Source: an uncultured virus (IMG/VR IMGVR_UViG_3300027710_000024)
Lineage: Duplodnaviria > Heunggongvirae > Uroviricota > Caudoviricetes
DNA: 64,000 nucleotides
Strand: one strand, 5' to 3'
Virus record (IMG/VR): IMGVR_UViG_3300027710_000024
Part shown: positions 18,533 to 28,360 of the stretch, one piece after another
How the letters are laid out: every line of letters begins with the position of its first letter
Position numbering within the stretch: the first letter of the stretch is position 1
Position numbers and translations under genes: made by a program
The notes under the pieces: generated by a model
Databases searched by the model: none
Seen by the model: only the letters and a program-made list of their open reading frames with translations
Told to the model about the DNA's origin: nothing

Positions 18533-21500
18533 ATGGCAAAATATAGTATTGCGACGTATGGTATATCCAAGTACGGCGAGCGTGAAGTAAGTAGGACTTA
18601 CTATGCCTCAGGGATCAGATCATGGTCGTATAACTTTAACTCTATATCCTTGGCTTGGGGATCAATTACTCCTGCGCCCGAGGATGAAGAGCCTACCCAT
18701 TGGAGAGTTGTTCGCGGATTCTCCGGGGTTCCTGACACGCCATTTGAGGGAATCTATTTAGATGGAGATGTAATTTCTGCGTTTAGAACTACCTATATTG
18801 ACAATGACGTATCAACTGATAACCGTGAGGTTAACTATTCAATTTGGGTTTTTGGCGGTACTCAAGGCGTAAAACGTTGGATTTTTTGCGGAGACACTAA
18901 CATAATTGTAACTCAAGAAACAGACACACTATCCAAATTAATTAACTGGTTGCCGCGTATCTGGTTTAACACGGATAACGGTATTGGAGATGCTGTTGGT
19001 GAAGCTGAAACTAATGCTTTTTCTAGAACACTCTCAGCCTACACGTTTATGTACGATAAACTCAATGCTGAAGCTGAGCTAATATCCAAATCGTCATCAA
19101 ACGCAATTCCTAGCGCTCTTTTAGAATCACAAATTTTAGATCTAGGTTTTAATTATGAACCTGCTTTGGGCGACAGCTATCATCGATCCCTGTATAGAGC
19201 GGGAAACGTAATTAACTCTGTTAAGGGGACAAAAGGAGCAGTATCTGGTTATGTTACCGGACTTACACACTTAAGCTCTGAAATTAAACTAGGACACAAT
19301 CTTATGCTGGACTACAATGACTCTTCTTTTGAAGAATCTACTGGTCGCTGGCACATTACCCGTGGAACTAAAACTTCGGTAAAATTTGAAAACTCAGCAG
19401 CAGTTTTAGGTACGGCTATTACCCCACCCAAAGCTTGGGTAAATGACTCTTTGTATCCACCAAAAGAAGTTGGCTTCGGAGTATTTACTGTATCAGAAAG
19501 TACATCTACAGTATCCCCAGCAACTTTGCAGTTACCTATAGCTAACGCTAAAATGCCTCTTTTAGGTATCCCAGTTGACGGAAATAAAGAATACTTATTT
19601 ACTGGTTGGTTTAGAGAAGTTGACGGAAACTCTTTTACTCTTTCAGTAAAGATTAACTGGTGGAATTACCTTGGAGAGACCCTTAGCTCTACCGCGTTAA
19701 CCGCACCCATTACCTCTTCAAGCTCTTGGAAAGAGTTTACCTCCGGATCTTCTGCAGGAAGATTAGGTCGGGTATCCCCACTAGACGCAGCTTACGCATC
19801 AATTGAACTATTAATAACACCTAGCACTCTTTCTGAAACAAAGGTTCTGTTAGATAAAACTCAATTTTCAGAGTCTAAATATAGCCTTGCTTTTGAGGAC
19901 GCAAAGCAAGTAAATGTGTACCTTCAAGGATCTAAAGAAAACCTAGTTCCAAACCCCTCTTTTGAAGACGGTACGGGTGGCTGGTTGTCCTCTAGTAACT
20001 CAAACTTTGTATCTAAATCTTTTGTGTCTTCAAACTCGATATTTTTTGGTTCTTCTGTTGGAGCATTGACTGCGTCAAATTCAAGTCAAATGTATGTAGC
20101 TAGCGACTGGATATCTATAGATCCAGGCCAAAACTATACCTTTAGTGCTTACGTAAGTACCGACTCAACAATTATAAATAAAGCCGTAATTAAAATGGAG
20201 TTTTCGAACAGAGAGTCTATTGAACAACAGACTTTAATTTTAAATGATGTTGATGGGGAATACTACGACTCAGCTATATACTCCGTGCAGTCTAACGAAG
20301 TTACCTTAACTAATACCGTAGTAAGTTCACAAAGAGTGCCGGTTAGAACACGAATTTCTATATCTGCAATTGCTCCAGCATACACTCGAGATTCCGGAAA
20401 CCCTGTAGTAAAGGTTTTCATTATATTTCCAAACTGCGCCGTGGGTGAGTCTGCTTACATTGACTCTTGTTTATTACAACCTACCGCTCTTTCTCTACCA
20501 TTTTTTGACGGGTCTAGTGCTCCGGTGTCTAGCACTCCAGTTACTGAGCCGTATTTTTTCCCTGGGGACTGCCTGTGGGAGTATAAAAATGTATATAACT
20601 TTATTCAAGAACCTTCTTTTGAAACAATCTCAACTTGGACTGCCAATGTAGGAACTTTAACTATGGATACTGCTCCAGGGTCTACCCTAGTGCCAGTAAA
20701 AAATTCTAATGGAACTTTAGGAACTCCTACAAGCGGAACATACACTGCAAAGTATGGGTCTAAGATGGGCAAGCTAACATATGTTGCAACAACTGGCGGA
20801 AATATATCTACAACAGTTGTTCTTCCATCTCCAGCAAAGGGCGGCGAGGACTTTGTAGTATCTGCTTATGTTCGTGCGGCTGAGGGAAGCTATACAGTTA
20901 ATTTAGGGAGTACCGCTTTTCAATCAACAACCTTTGTATCTGAAAAAGATAAATATCAATGGACAAGAATATATGCAGTAAAGCAGCTAGCCGTTGGAGA
21001 AACAAGTTTTGTTTTAAATATTAAAATTGATCCTCCCGCCACCTATGTGGGAACTCCAACAACGTTCTTCCATATTGACGGTGTTCAGGCAGAGTACGGA
21101 AAAATTCCTAGCGTATTCCTTAACCCAGCTTCCGTTACCAGCTCAATAGTTCCTATCTCAGGAAGTTCTAATACCTACCTGGTAGATAGAGTTTTAAACA
21201 CTAACGCTAGCCGTAGTTCATACTTTCCCAACTATGCGGTTAAGTTTTCTAGATTACGCAACTCACTTGCTTTAGTAATGCCTCACGGCAGTAGTTGGGC
21301 TGTAAAGCCGGGCTTAGAGTCTGAGGGATACCCAGAGCTAATAGAGTCTTTAATACCTTCTGCTTCTTTTGAAAATGACTTGGATAAGTGGGTACCAGAA
21401 AACTCAACGCTAGTTAGAAAAACTTCTAGGGGATCTTTGTTTGGCGATCAAATTACTCACGGAACTTCTTGGTGTAGAGTAACGACCTCTGGCACATCTA

Positions 21501-21898
21501 ACGCTACTAAGGTATTTGGAATAACCTCAGGAACTGTGCCTGTTGTTTCAGGTCAAGGTTATTATGCCTCTATTGCTATTAAGCCAGAAAATGCCCTGTC
21601 TGCAGGTACGTATAAGCTTAAGGTAACGTTCTATACACCTACAGGATCTGTACTGCCGGTACTAATTCAAGATCCGGCGTTTCCAAATGACCCAACAAAG
21701 GTACTTGATGTTACAGCTCAATACACAGAGAAGTCAGTTACAGTAACCCGAACTGATCGTTGGGCATACATCTCAAACACATTCCCTGCTTTAGCTACCC
21801 TAAACGCTGCTTCCGCAAAATTGACAATTACATTTATACCGAGTACCTTTGATGCAACCCAATCTTTCAACATCGACAGGGTTGTATTTAGAGAGTAG
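18533..21898 (+). CDS. Baseplate wedge/tail protein with repeated carbohydrate-binding-like modules
   Basis: KGT..AV wedge motif; four N(L)xxxSFE...W CBM-like starts; DGVQAE. Confidence 0.7.
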   Translation: MAKYSIATYGISKYGEREVSRTYYASGIRSWSYNFNSISLAWGSITPAPEDEEPTHWRVVRGFSGVPDTPFEGIYLDGDVISAFRTTYIDNDVSTDNREVNYSIWVFGGTQGVKRWIFCGDTNIIVTQETDTLSKLINWLPRIWFNTDNGIGDAVGEAETNAFSRTLSAYTFMYDKLNAEAELISKSSSNAIPSALLESQILDLGFNYEPALGDSYHRSLYRAGNVINSVKGTKGAVSGYVTGLTHLSSEIKLGHNLMLDYNDSSFEESTGRWHITRGTKTSVKFENSAAVLGTAITPPKAWVNDSLYPPKEVGFGVFTVSESTSTVSPATLQLPIANAKMPLLGIPVDGNKEYLFTGWFREVDGNSFTLSVKINWWNYLGETLSSTALTAPITSSSSWKEFTSGSSAGRLGRVSPLDAAYASIELLITPSTLSETKVLLDKTQFSESKYSLAFEDAKQVNVYLQGSKENLVPNPSFEDGTGGWLSSSNSNFVSKSFVSSNSIFFGSSVGALTASNSSQMYVASDWISIDPGQNYTFSAYVSTDSTIINKAVIKMEFSNRESIEQQTLILNDVDGEYYDSAIYSVQSNEVTLTNTVVSSQRVPVRTRISISAIAPAYTRDSGNPVVKVFIIFPNCAVGESAYIDSCLLQPTALSLPFFDGSSAPVSSTPVTEPYFFPGDCLWEYKNVYNFIQEPSFETISTWTANVGTLTMDTAPGSTLVPVKNSNGTLGTPTSGTYTAKYGSKMGKLTYVATTGGNISTTVVLPSPAKGGEDFVVSAYVRAAEGSYTVNLGSTAFQSTTFVSEKDKYQWTRIYAVKQLAVGETSFVLNIKIDPPATYVGTPTTFFHIDGVQAEYGKIPSVFLNPASVTSSIVPISGSSNTYLVDRVLNTNASRSSYFPNYAVKFSRLRNSLALVMPHGSSWAVKPGLESEGYPELIESLIPSASFENDLDKWVPENSTLVRKTSRGSLFGDQITHGTSWCRVTTSGTSNATKVFGITSGTVPVVSGQGYYASIAIKPENALSAGTYKLKVTFYTPTGSVLPVLIQDPAFPNDPTKVLDVTAQYTEKSVTVTRTDRWAYISNTFPALATLNAASAKLTITFIPSTFDATQSFNIDRVVFRE

Positions 21899-21907
21899 GA
21901 TCATTAA

Positions 21908-22183
21908 ATGACAACAGTTTTTATTGTTTCGCTTGCTGTTGCGTGTGTTCTGTCTGCCGTAGAAAGTTTAATATTTTCTATAGGTAAATGGCGGGGTTTA
22001 TTAGCTTTAGCCCTTTCTGTCCCTTTTTGTATGCTTTTAGGTTGTAGCCTGCAGTTTTTACTTGTCTACTCCTTAGCGGCTACTTTTTTGGGTTTGACAA
22101 TGTCCATAGTCGTAGAGCAAACTTTCACCGGAATATCGCTTCGAGAATTTAGGGGACTACCCCAAAAGGTTGAAAAGATATAA
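21908..22183 (+). CDS. Small membrane protein
   Basis: About three hydrophobic segments. Confidence 0.55.
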   Translation: MTTVFIVSLAVACVLSAVESLIFSIGKWRGLLALALSVPFCMLLGCSLQFLLVYSLAATFLGLTMSIVVEQTFTGISLREFRGLPQKVEKI

Positions 22184-22202
22184 AATTAAAAGAGGAGGGC
22201 AG

Positions 22203-23156
22203 ATGCACGCACCAAATACAAATCCACACCTGTCAGGATTAGCCAGGGCTACGTGGATGTTATTTGCTACTGTAGGAAGAGTTATGTCTTCTAGTGAAAT
22301 TCAAGAAGGCAACTATATGAATGAAGGCCGAGACGCAATTAGATCGGCTATGACTGAGCTAAAACGCTCAGGGTATATAAAAGCCGTAAAAGAACAAACG
22401 TCTAATGGACGATGGGTTACTTCACTTAAGTTTACTGAACTAGGAAAGAAGTACGTAGACCTATTTAACTGGAATTATCAACCAGTACCGACGCCTGATT
22501 TACCGACGCCTGGAATTCCGTACGTCGGTGAACCAGTCACTACTAGTAGTAAGTCATTAGAGAGCTATAAAGAATTAGAATTACTACGTAATTCTAATCA
22601 ATCGGGTGCCCCGATAACCAAGGAGGTTGAAATGGGTTGGCCAATTCTGGAAGAAGGCGAAGAGCCTAAGAAAAAAACTCGCGGCTTTGTTGAAGACTCA
22701 GATTCTGGGGCTATCGGAAAGATCCAGGATAAGCAGGCGAAGATTAACTTGAAGTACAAAGCAACAACCTTTGAAGCCGTCCCGGCATCTATGCGCAGAT
22801 ACGAGCGTCTAGAAGACAACTGGACTACGGATGATTTGATTGCTGAGTTCTATGACAAGATCCGAGAACACTGTCCCGGCATTCCAGGACAAGTCAACGG
22901 CAAGTCCTTAATCAGTTGGATGAATAAGCTTGTTGGCCAAGGCGTACACAGATCTTCAATCTTAAAAGGGATCAGAATGTTTTTTGCTGACCCTAGAAAC
23001 TTACACAACTCCGGAGTAGGTACTCCAATGTGGCGTCGCTTTATTGCTTACTACCCAACAATTCACGGGTTGACAACAAAGTCTGAGGTCGAGTATGTTG
23101 ACGACAACTTCTTGGCGCACCAAGAAAAAATGTTAAAACTACTTGGAGGTAACTAA
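22203..23156 (+). CDS. Replication initiator-like winged-HTH protein
   Basis: LS..AR...EGRDAIRSAMTELKRSGYI HTH; precedes a DnaC-like ATPase; GAGGAGG RBS. Confidence 0.7.
   Translation: MHAPNTNPHLSGLARATWMLFATVGRVMSSSEIQEGNYMNEGRDAIRSAMTELKRSGYIKAVKEQTSNGRWVTSLKFTELGKKYVDLFNWNYQPVPTPDLPTPGIPYVGEPVTTSSKSLESYKELELLRNSNQSGAPITKEVEMGWPILEEGEEPKKKTRGFVEDSDSGAIGKIQDKQAKINLKYKATTFEAVPASMRRYERLEDNWTTDDLIAEFYDKIREHCPGIPGQVNGKSLISWMNKLVGQGVHRSSILKGIRMFFADPRNLHNSGVGTPMWRRFIAYYPTIHGLTTKSEVEYVDDNFLAHQEKMLKLLGGN
22486..22598. repeat. Iteron-like direct and inverted repeats, candidate origin
   Basis: TACCGACGCCTG twice, inverted CGTCGGT, palindrome ACTACTAGTAGT, 11-bp IR ATTAGAATTAC/GTAATTCTAAT. Confidence 0.5.
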
Positions 23157-23845
23157 TGTACGACATTAACCAAGAACGCCCTAGCACTAGAAGTCGACTT
23201 AGCCGTTCAGGAGTTCCCGTAAAAACTCTGGGTATGGAGTTCTCAGACTTAGATGATTCTGACACCAAAACTCAGGTCATGGCTTGGACGGAGTCAGTTC
23301 TATCTGGAAAGGTCATTAGAACCCCTGGATCCCCTATCTGCGGCCTTGGCATCCTTTTGGTAGGTAAACCGGGTCACGGAAAGACCACGATAGCTTCTGT
23401 GGCCCTTCAAAGCCTTATTAGGGCCATTCCCGATCGTTTATACGGCCCAACGGAAGCCCTACCTCCTCGCCTAGGGGCTTTTATGGACTATCCAAAGCTT
23501 TTGCGTACTCAGAAGGCTCAGTGGGACGAAGAGAACGAATCAGACCAAAGAGAGATAGATGCAATCTTTGGGGATCTAAGCCCTGTAGAGAACTTACAGC
23601 TGTTTGTGTTGGACGACCTAGGCAAGGAGTACCGGACTGCTACCGGGTGGGCTGAGAATACCTTTGACGCCCTTCTGCGCTCTAGATTTAATTCGGGCTT
23701 GCCAACGATAATTACAACAAACGTTCCGACAAAAGATTGGGAAACTGTGTATGGTGAGCCTATGTCCAGTTTTATACACGAAGCGTTTATACCCTTAGTT
23801 GTAAATGCTCCAAAAGGAGATCGGAGAAGAAATGAAAAAGAATAA
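23156..23845 (+). CDS. DnaC/IstB-like helicase loader ATPase
   Basis: GKPGHGKT, VLDDLGKE, R....LPTIITTN. Confidence 0.9.
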   Translation: MYDINQERPSTRSRLSRSGVPVKTLGMEFSDLDDSDTKTQVMAWTESVLSGKVIRTPGSPICGLGILLVGKPGHGKTTIASVALQSLIRAIPDRLYGPTEALPPRLGAFMDYPKLLRTQKAQWDEENESDQREIDAIFGDLSPVENLQLFVLDDLGKEYRTATGWAENTFDALLRSRFNSGLPTIITTNVPTKDWETVYGEPMSSFIHEAFIPLVVNAPKGDRRRNEKE

Positions 23846-24140
23846 CTTTAAGAAGTCACAGCTTCCAGGTTGGAAGACCATACAGTTTTTTATTTCAACT
23901 ACGGGGGTCTGCGAAGTACAAATTTATACTGACTCCAGCCTTCGCTGTTCTTGTGACGGGTTTACCGGAAGAAATGTATGCCGCCACGTAAATTGGTGTA
24001 AGTCTCGGCTTAGCGAAGGTATGTACCCAATAGAGATTACGTCTAAGGTAATTCCTAGAGAAGAGATTGACGCAGCCGAAACCTCAGTAGAGGCATTTAG
24101 AGAATTAATTTTGAAATACGGAAAACCTTTGGTACTGTAA
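23832..24140 (+). CDS. SWIM zinc-finger protein
   Basis: CSC.GF....CRHV. Confidence 0.75.
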   Translation: MKKNNFKKSQLPGWKTIQFFISTTGVCEVQIYTDSSLRCSCDGFTGRNVCRHVNWCKSRLSEGMYPIEITSKVIPREEIDAAETSVEAFRELILKYGKPLVL

Positions 24141-24144
24141 TGTT

Positions 24145-24555
24145 ATGCAAAAAGGAGACATCTCTAACGAAGTACCTCTTCGTGTAGTTGTAACACTTGA
24201 TTGCATATTAAATAGGCGGCCCGCAGTAAAGAAAACTTTAGCCGGCTTAGTAACTCTACATACAGAAGAAGTTACCTACAATAGAGTAGCACTATCTTTA
24301 TTCTGGAGATTTGCACAGAAGAATGATTTTAGTATGGAACTTGTTGGCTTTGGCTATACAAGAAAAGAAATGAAAGAAATTATGGAGGATCTAGACAATC
24401 TAGGTACTAACCCCTTTAACTACACAAATAGTTATCCGGTAGTAGCGGATCTGGTTGGCGAACTCCCATATAGACCTGAACTTAAATATGTGGTAGACAT
24501 ACCCAGTAGAAGTCTTAGATACGGCGCAAAATATTTAGATATGGGGAGAATGTAA
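24145..24555 (+). CDS. Hypothetical protein, possibly degenerate HAD-like fold
   Basis: VVVTLDCIL and YVVD; coupled to dnaB. Confidence 0.45.
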   Translation: MQKGDISNEVPLRVVVTLDCILNRRPAVKKTLAGLVTLHTEEVTYNRVALSLFWRFAQKNDFSMELVGFGYTRKEMKEIMEDLDNLGTNPFNYTNSYPVVADLVGELPYRPELKYVVDIPSRSLRYGAKYLDMGRM

Positions 24556-25775
24556 TGGCTGCAGATAATGAGGTGAGGTTAATATCGCGTGCTATTCGCA
24601 CTCGAGATATATCCCCACTCCTAGAGCGTGGCGTAGAAAGTAGCTGGTTCTTTAATGAAGACAGCAGACTTATCTGGGATTTTTTAAGGAACCACTGGAC
24701 TAAGTATCAAGAAGTACCTACAGCAACTACAGTATTAGATAACTTCCCTACTTATAAATTATTAGCTGTAGAAGACTCTTTAGATTATTTATTAGATCAA
24801 CTAATAGAATTTAGAAAACGTCAAAAATCTATTGAGGTTGTTCAACAGGCTGCGGATGCAATTGCTGTGGGGGATCACAACTCTGCAATTAAAATTATGG
24901 GCCAGGGTTTTGCAACTCTTATAGACGAGGGTTCAGGATCCCCAACAGAAATTGATTTAACTAAAGATGCGATGAATCGCTATCAAGAGTACTTAGATAT
25001 TAAAACTCGTCCTAATGGTTTGCTTGGTATTGCCACCGGATTCCAAGTAATGGATATGGCAACAGCCGGATTACAGCCTGGACAACTTGTAACTATTATT
25101 GCCCCGCCTAAAACGGGTAAGTCTGTTCTTGCAATGCAGATGGCGGTTAACGTCCACAACGATGGGTTTGTACCTATGTTTCAGTCTTTTGAGATGAGCA
25201 ACCTAGAGCAACAGCACCGTCACGATGCTATGCGAGCGCATATTTCACACGGACGTATGGTTAGGGGAGCGCTTAATCCTTCTGAAGAAACTCGTTATCA
25301 AAAGATGCTTACTGATATGGAAGGCATGCATAAGTTCTATCTAACAGAGTCTATCTCCGGAGCAACTGTTTCTCAGTTAGCTATAAAGCTTGAAAAACTT
25401 CGCCCACAAATTCTTTTTGTAGACGGTGTGTATTTGATGTTTGACGAGATTAGTCAAGAACGCGGAACCCCGTTAGCTCTTAAAAACATTACTCAGTCTA
25501 TGAAACGCCTTGCTCAAAAGTATGAGATACCTATCGTACAGAGCACGCAGGTATTAAGTTACAAAATGAAAAAGGGTCAGGTAACTGCAGACTCTATTGG
25601 GTATTCGTCTTCGTTCCACCAGGACTCAGACGTGATCTTTGCTTTACAGCGCCAAGATGAAGAAGACGATAGCTCTCGTTTACTTCGCATTGTTGCTAGC
25701 CGTAACTGTGGTCCAGCAGAAGTTGAACTACTTTGGGATTGGGAAGAGGGGAAGTTTCAAGAATATGGAGCTTAA
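24555..25775 (+). CDS. dnaB: DnaB-like replicative helicase
   Basis: TGF..MD...GLQPGQL, APPKTGKS, SFEM, FVDG, QDSD, SRN. Confidence 0.93.
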   Translation: MAADNEVRLISRAIRTRDISPLLERGVESSWFFNEDSRLIWDFLRNHWTKYQEVPTATTVLDNFPTYKLLAVEDSLDYLLDQLIEFRKRQKSIEVVQQAADAIAVGDHNSAIKIMGQGFATLIDEGSGSPTEIDLTKDAMNRYQEYLDIKTRPNGLLGIATGFQVMDMATAGLQPGQLVTIIAPPKTGKSVLAMQMAVNVHNDGFVPMFQSFEMSNLEQQHRHDAMRAHISHGRMVRGALNPSEETRYQKMLTDMEGMHKFYLTESISGATVSQLAIKLEKLRPQILFVDGVYLMFDEISQERGTPLALKNITQSMKRLAQKYEIPIVQSTQVLSYKMKKGQVTADSIGYSSSFHQDSDVIFALQRQDEEDDSSRLLRIVASRNCGPAEVELLWDWEEGKFQEYGA

Positions 25776-26031
25776 TATTGAGTACTCAGATTATCCATTT
25801 AATGGCACTCAGCTATGTAATGACTTAAACTCTAATCTTTTCTTTCCCGAAGACTACACAGATCCTGAGGTTCTTAGAGAGGCTAAGACCATTTGTTCGG
25901 CTTGTCCGCTCATTAATGAATGCTTGCAATACGCAATAAAAACTCCCTGGTTAGAGGGAATTTGGGGCGGAACAACTCCTCGCCAAAGAATAAGGATGCG
26001 TAGTGCTAAAAATAAGGTTAAGAGTAGATGA
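25765..26031 (+). CDS. whiB: WhiB family transcription factor (copy 1)
   Basis: C...LFFP...AKTICSACPLINECLQYA...GIWGGTT. Confidence 0.92.
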   Translation: MELNIEYSDYPFNGTQLCNDLNSNLFFPEDYTDPEVLREAKTICSACPLINECLQYAIKTPWLEGIWGGTTPRQRIRMRSAKNKVKSR

Positions 26032-26246
26032 GTAAATCTTTTAGAGAGCTAAAACCTGACTACAGTGGAAGCATGGATTACGAAAATATAGTGTGCCATG
26101 AATGCCCCCACTGTGAGTCTAATCTTTGGCGTGTACACGCAAGTTTTGACGATTATGAAATATCGCAGTATCTTCTAGACATGGAGTGCGCAATTTGCGG
26201 TACTTACGCAAAAGCTCCTACACCACTAGACAGGGGAAATATATGA
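26028..26246 (+). CDS. Zinc-ribbon hypothetical protein
   Basis: CPHC...CAIC. Confidence 0.6.
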   Translation: MSKSFRELKPDYSGSMDYENIVCHECPHCESNLWRVHASFDDYEISQYLLDMECAICGTYAKAPTPLDRGNI

Positions 26247-26518
26247 GTCCTGAAGTAATTAAACTAGAGCATTCTGAAATGGTTTTTAAGCGAGCTCACT
26301 CTAAGGGTGCTTGCCGGGGACCATACTGCACAATTCACAATCGTTCTGACCACCATATGCGTTCTTTTCCTCAAATATGGAACCCTATGATATTTTGCAT
26401 GCAACGTGTATGCACCCATGGCGTAGGACATCCAGATCCAGATGAAATTAACAATGATATAGTTGTAAAAATAGATCATGAGACGAATTGCTGTGGTTGC
26501 TGTGTACCGCGAGGGTGA
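26243..26518 (+). CDS. Cys/His-rich hypothetical protein
   Basis: C.G.YCTIH, RVCTHGVGHPDPD, CCGCC. Confidence 0.6.
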   Translation: MSPEVIKLEHSEMVFKRAHSKGACRGPYCTIHNRSDHHMRSFPQIWNPMIFCMQRVCTHGVGHPDPDEINNDIVVKIDHETNCCGCCVPRG

Positions 26519-27491
26519 GGTTCAGAAAGCCCTTTTAAAGCTAGGCGTAGACTGCTCAGAAGTACGTAATGAGCTGCAGGGCCATTGCCCTTTGCATAAA
26601 GAACGTACCGGAAGAGAAGACATAAACCCTTCTTGGTCTATGAATCAAGAAACCGGTGTACATCATTGTTTTTCTTGTGGATATAGGGGAACTCTTTTAA
26701 GTTTAGTCGCAGAATTAAAACAGTTTAAAACTTCTTTTGGTCTCTTAGATTTTGAGGCTGCAAAGGGCTGGCTTACTACCCAAGTAGATGTTGATTTAGC
26801 TCAGTTAGTGCGCCAAATGGAAGACGCAAAGAATAATTATGTAAGGCTGCGGCAACCCGTTGCTATGGGCGAAGCACGATTAGCTGTATTTACTGATCCT
26901 ATAGACTCAGCATTATCCGCTAGGGGCTTGACACTGGAGTCTTGCAAAACTTACTCAGTTAAGTGGGATAACAACAAGTCTATCTGGATTATTCCCATAA
27001 GAAACGCAGACACGGGTGGTTTGATGGGTTGGCAGGAAAAGGGCCAGGGACACAAGCATTTCTTTAATAGACCTCCTGGAATACAGAAGTCTAAAACTTT
27101 ATTTGGAATAAGGGAGTGGGCAGGCCCAACTATGGTTGTTGTCGAGTCCCCTTTAGATGCAGTAAAGGTTGGGGTCTGTCGAAATTCGACAGAGGGCGTA
27201 GCTTTATGTGGGGTTACTGTAAGCGCCGCTCAGATAGATCTTATGAAGCGTGCAGACAAGCTCATACTGGCTTTTGATAACCCAAACGTTGACGCTGCCG
27301 GAAAAGCGGCATTAGAGTCTTTTATAGCGGTTGCACGGGAAAACGGTCTGGAGTTTTGGGCGTTTAATTACGGGAGCTCAACGGCTAAAGATATTGGAGA
27401 AATGACTCCAGATGAGGTAGTATTTGGAATAGAACACGCAACGCACTGCGTTATGTTGAGGGGATCACTAAATGTCAAAAGTAGGAGCTAA
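26502..27491 (+). CDS. dnaG: DNA primase (CHC2 zinc finger + TOPRIM)
   Basis: CPLH...HCFSCG; VVESPLDA; AFDN...DAAG; KDIGE. Confidence 0.9.
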   Translation: MYREGEVQKALLKLGVDCSEVRNELQGHCPLHKERTGREDINPSWSMNQETGVHHCFSCGYRGTLLSLVAELKQFKTSFGLLDFEAAKGWLTTQVDVDLAQLVRQMEDAKNNYVRLRQPVAMGEARLAVFTDPIDSALSARGLTLESCKTYSVKWDNNKSIWIIPIRNADTGGLMGWQEKGQGHKHFFNRPPGIQKSKTLFGIREWAGPTMVVVESPLDAVKVGVCRNSTEGVALCGVTVSAAQIDLMKRADKLILAFDNPNVDAAGKAALESFIAVARENGLEFWAFNYGSSTAKDIGEMTPDEVVFGIEHATHCVMLRGSLNVKSRS

Positions 27492-27594
27492 AGGATATTG
27501 CAGCGAATGCGGCAACTGGGCAACAGATTGCAAAACTGTAATAGTAGCCAGTATTCCTGAAAAAATTTGTGCTGGATGTAGGGGATCAAAATGA
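27472..27594 (+). CDS. Cys-rich micro-protein (40 aa, not in ORF track)
   Basis: MSKVGAKGYCSECG...ICAGCRGSK; GAGGGG RBS; ATGA overlap with the next gene. Confidence 0.5.
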   Translation: MSKVGAKGYCSECGNWATDCKTVIVASIPEKICAGCRGSK

Positions 27595-28124
27595 TAATTG
27601 GACTTACCGGATATGCGCAGTCAGGCAAAGACACGGTAGCCAGTATCCTTGTAGAGAATTACGGTTACCAACGAGTCGCTTTTGCTGACCCCATACGTGA
27701 CCTGTTATACGCCACTAACCCAATGCTTAAAGAGGGGTATCGAGTTAAGGGGTTGGTTGATGTGTACGGGTGGGACAGAGTTAAAGTTGACTATCCCGAA
27801 GCCAGACGCCTTCTTCAAGACCTAGGTGTTGGTGCCCGTAAAACTTTTGGAGATATGTTTTGGGTGCGTCAAGCTCTTCGTCAAGTTAATCCTGATGGAA
27901 AGTATGTTATTACTGATGTTAGATACCCAAATGAAGCTAAAGCACTACGTGAGTACGGTGGCTCACAGATCTGGCGTGTAAGGCGTTTAGGTGTTGACCC
28001 CGTAAACTCACACGAGTCTGAGTCCGCAATGGACGGAGAAAAAGTTGATCAAATATTTGTTAATAACGGTACAATAGATGACTTAAAATCTTTAATTAAG
28101 ACGAGAATGGGGGCTTACGTATGA
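27591..28124 (+). CDS. Deoxynucleoside monophosphate kinase
   Basis: IIGLTGYAQSGKDT, FADPIR, R..LQ.LG, VITDVRYPNE, HESE. Confidence 0.92.
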   Translation: MIIGLTGYAQSGKDTVASILVENYGYQRVAFADPIRDLLYATNPMLKEGYRVKGLVDVYGWDRVKVDYPEARRLLQDLGVGARKTFGDMFWVRQALRQVNPDGKYVITDVRYPNEAKALREYGGSQIWRVRRLGVDPVNSHESESAMDGEKVDQIFVNNGTIDDLKSLIKTRMGAYV

Positions 28125-28360
28125 TTATGGAATATGGATCTTGGGTTCTTGCGGTTATCGGTGTTGGTGGGATTTATTTTGTTGGCCGTAAAACTATCTG
28201 GGGCTGGTTAGTTCTTCTTTTTAACGAAGTTTTATGGATTGTGTACGCCTTAACTACTGATCAGTATGGGTTTATATTTTCAGCGTTAGCGTATGCTCTT
28301 GTGTATATACGGTCTTACATACATTGGTCTAAAGACAGAGTAAACGAGATCCCATTGTGA
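28121..28360 (+). CDS. PnuC-like small membrane protein
   Basis: Three TM segments; RK..WGW...NEVLW.VY...QYG...Y..W. Confidence 0.6.
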   Translation: MIMEYGSWVLAVIGVGGIYFVGRKTIWGWLVLLFNEVLWIVYALTTDQYGFIFSALAYALVYIRSYIHWSKDRVNEIPL

